A stretch of 40,054 nucleotides of DNA from Coprothermobacterota bacterium (GTDB lineage: Bacteria; Coprothermobacterota; HKB111). The position numbers and the translations under genes are program-made. The notes beneath the pieces were generated by a model. That model did no database searches. It saw only the letters and a list, made by a program, of their open reading frames with translations, and was not told the DNA's origin. This document shows, in pieces, positions 17,893 to 25,224 of the stretch. Position 1 is the stretch's first letter. Each line of letters opens with the position of its first letter. The stretch is taken from NCBI GenBank assembly GCA_037440465.1, contig JBBIUB010000010.1:1919-41972 (forward strand), read 5' to 3'.

Positions 17893-19302
17893 TTACTCCC
17901 CCGTACTAATCCTTTGGGTTGTCCTATCTTCTTCCAGCCTTCTAACCTTGAGCCAGAGTGACCATTCCAGTCTTTTCTGGAGGATGGCACATTCAATTTT
18001 ATGGGGGGTGTAGAGGGAGCCGGAGGTGAAGTAGTGATTGGCATGACAGCCACCACTACAGTAGAAGCGAGCCCAGCATTTTTTGCAGGTATCTTTTTTA
18101 AGAAAACTCAAGGCAATAAACTCTTCTCTGAGAGGAGAATTTGTGAAACCCTCCTCTAAATTACCCATTATGAATTTTTCTTCTCTAACAAACTGGTGGC
18201 AGGGGTAGATATAACCCTGTGGTGAAATAGATATATACTCTCTTCCTGCACCACAACCTCCTACTCGGCGGTTAATATCAGGACCTCTTAAAGGGTCAAT
18301 AAGGAAGTGGAAGAAGATGAGGTCTTTGCCTTTATTGAGTTCATCAAGAAACCAGAGGGATAAGGTTTTATACTCGGAAAATACCCGGGGCAGGTCCTCT
18401 TCTTTAAGGGTAAAGGGCTCTCTCGGGTCCCCTACCACTGGTTCCATAGAAACCACTCTAAAGCCCTCCTCAAAGAGGTAGCGGGTAGCATCGGAGAAGT
18501 TGAGAGTATCGTGAGTGTAAGTTCCTCTTATGTAGTAGGGCGGTGGGTTTTTAGAACTGTATTCCTTTATCCTCTTTATGGCTTTATCGTGAGTTCCCTT
18601 TCCACTGTTGTCTAACCGGAAAAGGTCGTTGGTCTCAGGAGGTCCATCTAAAGAAAGGACTGTTTCTATGTCGTGTTCTATAAGAAAATCCTGTACTTCA
18701 GAAGTAAGAAGGGTAGCGTTGGTAGTGAGGGTGAAGTCAATTTTTATTCCATTATTTTTTGCTAAAGATTTTCCGAAAATGAGAGTATTTTTCAAGGTCT
18801 CAAAATTGAGAAGGGGTTCACCGCCAAAGAAATCTACTTCAACTTTGTCGTGGGTGGAGTTTTTAAGAAGTAGCTCCAGTGCCTTCTGAGCTATCTTAAA
18901 GGACATAGGAGCCAGGTAATCAACAGGAGTCTTACTTTTCACAAAACAGTAGCTACAATTGAGATTACATCTTCCATCAATAAAAAGGCACATACCCTTG
19001 AGTCCTGGAGAGAATTCCATATCGGATTCAAAGGGTGGGGCGTAGAGAGCTTCTTCTTTATAAAGAGAGTAGAGTTCTAAAAAAGTCTCTTTTATTTCTG
19101 ATGTTTTATCACTTTCTGGAAGTTCAGATAAATCAGAAAACGAAAGTTTCTCTCTTTCTTCTATATGGTTGAGAAGATTTAGACCATCCTTATTCAAAAG
19201 AAGGAGAGTATCTGAATAAACATCGAGCGCCAGGACATCATCCTCATAGGTGAAAAGGTGAACCTCGCCCTTACCTTTCTTTATTGTTGGATTATCGGTC
19301 AA
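17893..19302 (-). CDS. scfB: SCIFF/ranthipeptide radical SAM-SPASM maturase (ScfB/CteB-like) with N-terminal RRE
   Basis: CNLNCSYC, EVDFFGGEPL, YYIRGTYT, SMEPVV, FFHF.ID, GCGAG.EY..PCHQFV, CKKCWARFYCSGGCHAN; precursor gene upstream. Confidence 0.9.
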   Translation of the reverse strand: MTDNPTIKKGKGEVHLFTYEDDVLALDVYSDTLLLLNKDGLNLLNHIEEREKLSFSDLSELPESDKTSEIKETFLELYSLYKEEALYAPPFESDMEFSPGLKGMCLFIDGRCNLNCSYCFVKSKTPVDYLAPMSFKIAQKALELLLKNSTHDKVEVDFFGGEPLLNFETLKNTLIFGKSLAKNNGIKIDFTLTTNATLLTSEVQDFLIEHDIETVLSLDGPPETNDLFRLDNSGKGTHDKAIKRIKEYSSKNPPPYYIRGTYTHDTLNFSDATRYLFEEGFRVVSMEPVVGDPREPFTLKEEDLPRVFSEYKTLSLWFLDELNKGKDLIFFHFLIDPLRGPDINRRVGGCGAGREYISISPQGYIYPCHQFVREEKFIMGNLEEGFTNSPLREEFIALSFLKKDTCKKCWARFYCSGGCHANHYFTSGSLYTPHKIECAILQKRLEWSLWLKVRRLEEDRTTQRISTGE

Positions 19303-19376
19303 AACTGTTTTTCCTTATTTATTGAAGTGACAGTGATTTGCGATGAAAAAGCAGCCTGTCCCCAATTATTTTTATA

Positions 19377-19453
19377 GGGTTCGAGGATTCGAGGGTTTAA
19401 GGATGTTACTCGTCACTGGCTACATACCTTGACTCCTTGACCCCTTGAATCCT
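19377..19453. repeat. Inverted arrays of octamer repeats (GGRTTCGA / CCTTGANY) forming a hairpin between precursor and maturase
   Basis: GGGTTCGA-GGATTCGA-GGGTTTAA ... CCTTGACT-CCTTGACC-CCTTGAAT; similar GTTCGAGGAT units at about 23305-23338. Confidence 0.6.
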
Positions 19454-19463
19454 TTTTAATAAA

Positions 19464-19607
19464 TTAAGCCTTCTTCTCAGATTTAATAAAGATGGTCTGG
19501 TTGGCTACTGTGCAGGAAGTCTTACAGGCAGACTGGCAGGATACTTTAAATTTATCTTTATGGACTCGTGTAAGAGCCTTCTTAAAAATCACTTTAATTT
19601 TATTCAT
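19464..19607 (-). CDS. scfA: SCIFF/ranthipeptide precursor, 47 aa, three-Cys variant (not in ORF track)
   Basis: Hand translation MNKIKVIFKKALTRVHKDKFKVSCQSACKTSCTVANQTIFIKSEKKA containing the SCQSACKTSCTVANQ signature; GGAGG 7 nt upstream; extended -10 TGATATAAT at 19642-19650. Confidence 0.92.
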   Translation of the reverse strand: MNKIKVIFKKALTRVHKDKFKVSCQSACKTSCTVANQTIFIKSEKKA

Positions 19608-19708
19608 TATCATTCCTCCATTTTTTAGGCTTTTGCTTTTAATTATATCATTAGAGAAACATTGAATTTTTAACTTTTACAGTTTTAAAAATATCAAATA
19701 TATAAGGT

Positions 19709-19802
19709 TGTCACCTTGAACTCGTTTCAGGGTCGGGGTTGGTTCAGCACTTGATTTAGCCTAACATAAAGGGAGAGATCCTGAAATTAACTCGGGATGA
19801 CA
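19709..19802. repeat. REP-like palindromic element (TGTCAYCCTGAA...TTCAGGATGACA family)
   Basis: TGTCACCTTGAACTCGTTTCAGGGTC ... GAGATCCTGAAATTAACTCGGGATGACA; related half-copies at 33963-34004 and 37769-37822. Confidence 0.65.
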
Positions 19803-19942
19803 ATAATAAAAGAAATTCAGCTTAAAAGGGAGAAAGATAAAAGATGTAATGTAAAATGGTATTAGGTTACTGGAAATTATTTAAGATTACATATGAGGAA
19901 TTATTACTTTTAAATTCTATTTTTGTGAGGAGTTTTCAGATT

Positions 19943-22042
19943 ATGAAAGGAGCAAGAAAACCTATTATCGGACTCCCCTCTTTTCTAAAGAGGGGTCAGG
20001 GGAGATTATTATTGGTCAGTCTTCTCTTAGTAGTGGTGGTAGTCTTTGGGGGTCTTCAGATATGGAGGAGAGCTCGCGAGCCTTTACTTGAAGTTGTAAA
20101 AGGTGGCTATTGGGAGGAAATAAACAAAGGATTAAATTCTGCTTCAGTAACAACACTGGCTATAGACCCATCAGACCCTGCTATTATATATGCAGGAGTT
20201 GAGAGTGATGGAGTATTTAAGTCCTCAGATGGGGGTTCCTCCTGGGGTCCTATTAATAAAGGTCTAACAAGTCCGATGGTCAATACTTTGGTTGTTGATA
20301 ATACTAATCCAACTACGGTTTATGCAGGAACGCGAGGCAAAGGAGTTTTTAAGTCTACCGATGGTGGTTTGTCCTGGACTCCTACTGGTGAAGGGCTGGA
20401 TAATCCTAACATAATCACCTTAACACTGGATACTGCAAACCCGAAGATACTTTATGCAGGGACCTTTGAAGGTGTTTTCAAGACTTTAAATGGAGGTTCA
20501 AACTGGGTTTCCATAAATAAAGGTCTTTCCCAGGAACCTGATGAATATTCTTCTGAACCTTTTACTCCTCCTATACTAAGTATTGCAGTAGACCCAGCAA
20601 ATACCCAGGTTGTCTATGCTGGAGCATTTGGAGCTTTTTTTAAGTCCCTTGATGGTGGAGAAAATTGGACAATGATAAATGTATATGAGGGTGGCATGTG
20701 GAACACAGTAATTGCTTCCCTGGTTATTGATCCTGTTAGTACTACCACAATTTATGCTGGAACAGGCGCTGGAGTTTTTAAATCTACAGATGGTGGAACT
20801 AACTGGGTGTATATGAAAGACACAGATGTCTCTGAAAAAAGTGATGGATTTAAGCAGAGCGGAGGATCTCCTGCTCTGGCTATAGACCCTTCAAAACCCT
20901 TCGTTGTTTATGTTGGCGTTGATGGTGGAGGAATTTTTAAGACTTCAGATGGAGGTAATTCATGGGTTCAAGTAAACACAGGTTTGACCACTAAAGTGGT
21001 CTCAGCTTTGGTTATTCATCCTGATAATACCTACATTATCTACGCAGGAACTTTAGGTGGTGGTGTATATAAATCCATAGACGGGGGGTCGTCCTGGTCT
21101 TCAACCCCTCTTGAGACAGCTACTACATATACAGTTTCCTTTAATCCGCAAAGCCCAGCGACCTTTTATGCCGGGACCGCTGGTGGTTTGTTTAAATCTA
21201 CCGATGGTGGCTCTTCATGGAGTGTGATGGACTCTGGGTTAGTCAATCCCGTGGTGCTTGTCTTGGTTGTTGACCCCGTGACCTCCGCTAACCTCTATGC
21301 TGGAGTTGAGGATAGAAGAACCTTCAACAAGTTGGGTATGGGAGTTTTGAAGTCCACCAATGGAGGAATGAGCTGGAGTGAGTCCAACTCAGGGCTAACC
21401 AATCTGGGAGTGCAAGTTTTAACCATCAACCCAAAGAACCCAGAGGTCATCTATGCTGGAACTTATAGTGGTGTTTATAAAACTACCGATGGTGCTTCAT
21501 CCTGGAATGTTTTGAGTGGCTCTATAATGGGTGTTTCTACACTTCCCGATATTACTTCTCTTACTGTTGATTCAATAAATCCTGATATAGTGTATGCTGG
21601 CTCAATTGGTGGCATTGTTTATAAATCTATAGATGATGGTACAAGCTGGGAGTCTGTGTCCATCCAGGGAACAAAATCTACTGTGAAAGCTATAGTTGTT
21701 GACCCGGTTAATTCAAAAATTCTTTATGCTGGCGCTAAAGATGGCCTGTTTAAGACCATTGATGGTGGTGTGAGCTGGTCTTCTATCAGCAGTGGTCTTA
21801 CTAATACCAACATATATGCTATCGTCATTAATCCAGTGAATCCTCAGGTTCTTTATGTTGGCACTGCTGGTGGTGTTTTTAAGTCCACAGATGGAGGCTC
21901 TACCTGGAGAGAGATGAATACAGGTTTAAGGAATACCCTAGTCCTTGCACTTACCTTGAATCCGGAAAATCCTGACATTATCTATGTTGGCACCGCTGGC
22001 GGTGTTTACAGATGGGTTCCTGAAATAAGGAACAAAAAGTAG
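19943..22042 (+). CDS. Membrane-anchored BNR/Asp-box double beta-propeller (VPS10/GH74-like fold)
   Basis: 13 K[ST].[DN]GG..W-type Asp-boxes alternating with LAIDP....IYAG; N-terminal TM; ATG19943 preceded by GAGGAG. Confidence 0.85.
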   Translation: MKGARKPIIGLPSFLKRGQGRLLLVSLLLVVVVVFGGLQIWRRAREPLLEVVKGGYWEEINKGLNSASVTTLAIDPSDPAIIYAGVESDGVFKSSDGGSSWGPINKGLTSPMVNTLVVDNTNPTTVYAGTRGKGVFKSTDGGLSWTPTGEGLDNPNIITLTLDTANPKILYAGTFEGVFKTLNGGSNWVSINKGLSQEPDEYSSEPFTPPILSIAVDPANTQVVYAGAFGAFFKSLDGGENWTMINVYEGGMWNTVIASLVIDPVSTTTIYAGTGAGVFKSTDGGTNWVYMKDTDVSEKSDGFKQSGGSPALAIDPSKPFVVYVGVDGGGIFKTSDGGNSWVQVNTGLTTKVVSALVIHPDNTYIIYAGTLGGGVYKSIDGGSSWSSTPLETATTYTVSFNPQSPATFYAGTAGGLFKSTDGGSSWSVMDSGLVNPVVLVLVVDPVTSANLYAGVEDRRTFNKLGMGVLKSTNGGMSWSESNSGLTNLGVQVLTINPKNPEVIYAGTYSGVYKTTDGASSWNVLSGSIMGVSTLPDITSLTVDSINPDIVYAGSIGGIVYKSIDDGTSWESVSIQGTKSTVKAIVVDPVNSKILYAGAKDGLFKTIDGGVSWSSISSGLTNTNIYAIVINPVNPQVLYVGTAGGVFKSTDGGSTWREMNTGLRNTLVLALTLNPENPDIIYVGTAGGVYRWVPEIRNKK

Positions 22043-22046
22043 AGTT

Positions 22047-23279
22047 CTAAAGTTTAGGAACCACTGAAACAATGCAGTTTTTATCTGGAGTAAAATAAGG
22101 GCTAAGCTGAGGGAGTTCGTTTAGGAAGTCAACTTCTTCAATTCGTTTTATTGTTTCATCCACATCTTTTATTTTACTGTCAAGAAGGTATCCTTCTCCC
22201 CAGAAGAAAGCCCTCCTTAAAGAATCTTCCAGGCTAATAAGAAGACTTCCTTTAAGATATTCTTTGCTTCTTCTTATCTCGCCAGTAGTTACTCTACCTT
22301 CCCTGAGGTTATCAACTTCTTTGAGAGTTATTTCTAATGCTTGCTCAACTTTATCAGGGTGAGTATTTAAAGATATTAGAAGTTCTCCTGCTTCTTTAAA
22401 AAGGGCTAAAGATGACTGGACATCATAGGCTAAAGAATATTTCTCTCGTATTTCTTCAAAAAGACGGCTTCCTCCACCTCCTCCCAGTAGAACATTAAAG
22501 ATAGAGGCTGTATATCTTAACGAGGAGTCTCTGCCAAATAAAGGATAGCCAATACGAAGATAGGCTTCTGAAGTTTCCTTTTGGATTGTCTTTCTACTCG
22601 GAACTGAGAACTCACAGGAAAAATCCTTTTTCATAGGAGAAAAGTCTTGAAAGGGTAGTTTCTCAAGAATTCCCGTAACCTTTTTTTTAGGGAATGAACC
22701 TGAGATAACAATAGTTAGGTTGGAAGTTCTATAGTATCTTTGATGAAAATCCGAAAGTTCTTGGAGAGTTAAAGAAGCCACAGATTCAGGGGTTCCTCCC
22801 AGGTCCCTACTTAGATAACCATTTGACCAAAGAGTTTCTACTAGAATAAGGTCAGATAGGTCTTCGGGGCTGTCTCTTCTTAGTCGCAATTCATCAAAAA
22901 TAATCTCTTTTTCTCTCAACATATCATCATTACGAAGGAGAGGTTGGTAAATAAGTTCAAGAAGAACCTTAAGAGCAATCTCCACCTGGCTTCGGGGGAC
23001 TTTGGCAAAGTATCCGCTATAATCGTAAGCTGTGAAAGCATCCAGCCTCCCGCCTACACTCTCTATCTGGTCAGAAACCTCTCTGGAGGTGGGGAAGCTT
23101 GTAGTTCCCTTAAAAACCAGGTGTTCCAGTAGATGTGATATTCCTGCTAATGAATCTTCTTCATGTTTGGCTCCTATTCCCACATAAGCCACAACACTAA
23201 CCGAAGTGTACCAGGGTTGAGGGTCGAGAATTAAAGTTATGCCGTTATGGAGTTTTAGTAATTCTAATTTGTTCTTCAT
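22047..23279 (-). CDS. M16 (pitrilysin-like) zinc peptidase
   Basis: GISHLLEHLVFKGT (HxxEH), SRLFEEIREKYSLAY. Confidence 0.92.
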   Translation of the reverse strand: MKNKLELLKLHNGITLILDPQPWYTSVSVVAYVGIGAKHEEDSLAGISHLLEHLVFKGTTSFPTSREVSDQIESVGGRLDAFTAYDYSGYFAKVPRSQVEIALKVLLELIYQPLLRNDDMLREKEIIFDELRLRRDSPEDLSDLILVETLWSNGYLSRDLGGTPESVASLTLQELSDFHQRYYRTSNLTIVISGSFPKKKVTGILEKLPFQDFSPMKKDFSCEFSVPSRKTIQKETSEAYLRIGYPLFGRDSSLRYTASIFNVLLGGGGGSRLFEEIREKYSLAYDVQSSLALFKEAGELLISLNTHPDKVEQALEITLKEVDNLREGRVTTGEIRRSKEYLKGSLLISLEDSLRRAFFWGEGYLLDSKIKDVDETIKRIEEVDFLNELPQLSPYFTPDKNCIVSVVPKL

Positions 23280-23338
23280 TATGCTCCTTCCCTATTATAA
23301 TCAGGTTTCGAGGATCCATTAAATAAGGTTCGAGGATT

Positions 23339-24316
23339 TCATTTACTCTGCCATAATAACCCAATTTTCAAAAATGCCTGGTTGACAAGTAACATAGGGT
23401 CTCCTTTTCCACTCTTCAGCTTTTCATCAGTCAGGGCGAGGATGAGAAGAGCACTTTCCAGATGTGAAGGTCTAATTTTTCTGGAAAAATTCTTCAATTT
23501 TCTATACATATAAGGGTGAAATCCTGTCTCTTTTTCATCAAGATAGGTGGTTTTATAGGTATTTCTAACCTGAGATGCTAAACGCGAGAGTAGAAAAGAG
23601 GGAGATTCCCCCATGCTAAGGATATTACCAAGAATCCTGAGGCTTTTTGCTACCTTACCCTCAAAAAGGCTGTCCAGAAGTGGGAATATTTCTTCTTCAA
23701 CAGGTGGAGTATATACTTGAAGCATATCTTCCAATGTTACTTCATTTTTATCAAAAGAATTCAGAAGAATCTTTTCAATTTCCATTCTTATGTACTGCAA
23801 GTCTCTTTTATCTTGAGTTAGTAGCTCCAATGCTTCTGGACTTACTGTTTTTCCTCTGTTAGTGAATATGGTTTTAAGAAGAGAGCGTAAGGTTTCAAGT
23901 GGTGGTTTGGCGACTTTTATCGCCATCCCGCCTTTATCGGAAACCACTTTAAGAAGTTCTTTGGGAGGCATCTCCACGGAATAACCTATAAAAAGAGAAG
24001 GTGAAGGCGGAATAGAAGAAAGTTTAAAAGCCAACTGGTTGATTTCGCTTGCAGAGTAGATATCCAGATGTACATAGAGGATTCTATAAGGAGATAGAAT
24101 GGGAGGATTTATTAAAAGCTCAAGAACTTCATTTATACCTTGACCATCTTCTTTTATTTCTTGGTAGTTGAAAGCTAAAAGCCGTTTTTCCAGGTAGGAG
24201 TTTATGATGTCTTTTTTTATCCTATCTCTGAGATATACTTCTTCTCCCCAGATAAGGAGGGGGAAACGCATCTTCTTTTCTTTGATAAGCTGGAGTGCCT
24301 GAATGCTGTCTACCAT
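23339..24316 (-). CDS. holA: DNA polymerase III delta subunit
   Basis: LLIWGEEVY, FNY, EIEK, D..LKSG; downstream of comEC as is typical; start placed at ATG24316. Confidence 0.8.
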   Translation of the reverse strand: MVDSIQALQLIKEKKMRFPLLIWGEEVYLRDRIKKDIINSYLEKRLLAFNYQEIKEDGQGINEVLELLINPPILSPYRILYVHLDIYSASEINQLAFKLSSIPPSPSLFIGYSVEMPPKELLKVVSDKGGMAIKVAKPPLETLRSLLKTIFTNRGKTVSPEALELLTQDKRDLQYIRMEIEKILLNSFDKNEVTLEDMLQVYTPPVEEEIFPLLDSLFEGKVAKSLRILGNILSMGESPSFLLSRLASQVRNTYKTTYLDEKETGFHPYMYRKLKNFSRKIRPSHLESALLILALTDEKLKSGKGDPMLLVNQAFLKIGLLWQSK

Positions 24317-24357
24317 AGTAGTATTATTATACCCTTTTCCTCTTTTTTCCAATAATC

Positions 24358-25224
24358 AATAAATCGGGGACGCTTCTCAATTTATTTTAATTAATCAGGG
24401 ACGCTTCTTGATTTATTTTTTAAATACAATTTAAATATGATAAAGTTTAGTATGCCAAGAAATGGGAGAATAGCACCTCAAGGTTATTTATATCATATTA
24501 TTTCCAGGGGGAATAATAGTCAATCTGTTTTTGAGGACGAAAGAGATTTCCGGAAGTATTTAAAAATTATTGAAAAGTATAAAGAGAAATATTTCTTCAA
24601 ATTATATCATTATGTGTTAATGAGTAATCATACACATTTGATACTTGAAACTACTGAGGAAGGAGGGTCTTTATCAGAAATAATGAAGAGTATAAATCTA
24701 TCTTATACCTTGTATTACCAGATTAAATATGGTTATACGGGTCATCTCTGGCAGGGTAGATATAAAAGCATTATAGTGTCAAAAGATGAGTACTTACTTG
24801 CTTGTGGGAGCTATGTTGAGTTAAATCCAGTAAGGGCAAGAATATGCGAGAATCCAGAAGACTATACCTGGAGTAGTTATTTGGTCTATGCTTATGGGGA
24901 AAAGGATTTACTTGTTGATAAACATCCTGTTTATGACGAAATGGGTAGAGATGAAGAAGAGAGTAAACGTAATTACAGGAAATTTGTTAAAGAAATGCTT
25001 GAGAAAGATAAACCCTATGAAAGCGAAATAGAGAATGGAATAATCTATGGAAATACGGAATTTGTGGAAGAAGAGCTTAAGAAGCACTATACAGAAAAGG
25101 TTGTTAAGCCAAAGGGTAGACCCAGAAAAAATAGTTTTAACCCCATATAAATTTTTTTATCTAAATAATTAAGAAACGTCCCCGATTTATTTAATAAATA
25201 ATTAAGAAGCGTCCCCGATTTATT
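24358..25224 (+). mobile_element. RAYT/Y1-HUH transposase element bounded by doubled inverted repeats
   Basis: AATAAATCGGGGACGCTTCT (24358-24377) is the exact reverse complement of 25205-25224; inner variant copies at 24393-24409 and 25172-25191; lies between comEC and holA in opposite orientation. Confidence 0.8.
24452..25150 (+). CDS. REP-associated tyrosine transposase (RAYT, Y1_Tnp family)
   Basis: MPR..R start, YHIISRGNN, YVLMSNHTHL (HUH), GHLWQGRYKS, YVELNPVRA, Y.WSSY, C-terminal KGRPRK. Confidence 0.9.
   Translation: MPRNGRIAPQGYLYHIISRGNNSQSVFEDERDFRKYLKIIEKYKEKYFFKLYHYVLMSNHTHLILETTEEGGSLSEIMKSINLSYTLYYQIKYGYTGHLWQGRYKSIIVSKDEYLLACGSYVELNPVRARICENPEDYTWSSYLVYAYGEKDLLVDKHPVYDEMGRDEEESKRNYRKFVKEMLEKDKPYESEIENGIIYGNTEFVEEELKKHYTEKVVKPKGRPRKNSFNPI

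Noticed and set aside
19943..22042. Asp-box repeats as a diversity-generating retroelement target or a specific glycosidase
   Set aside because: No reverse transcriptase or adenine-specific TR/VR pair is seen, and catalytic residues cannot be assigned by eye.
24358..25224. Repeats near the RAYT gene as a mini-CRISPR
   Set aside because: Only two copies per side, inverted between sides, with about 12-nt AT-rich gaps and no cas genes.
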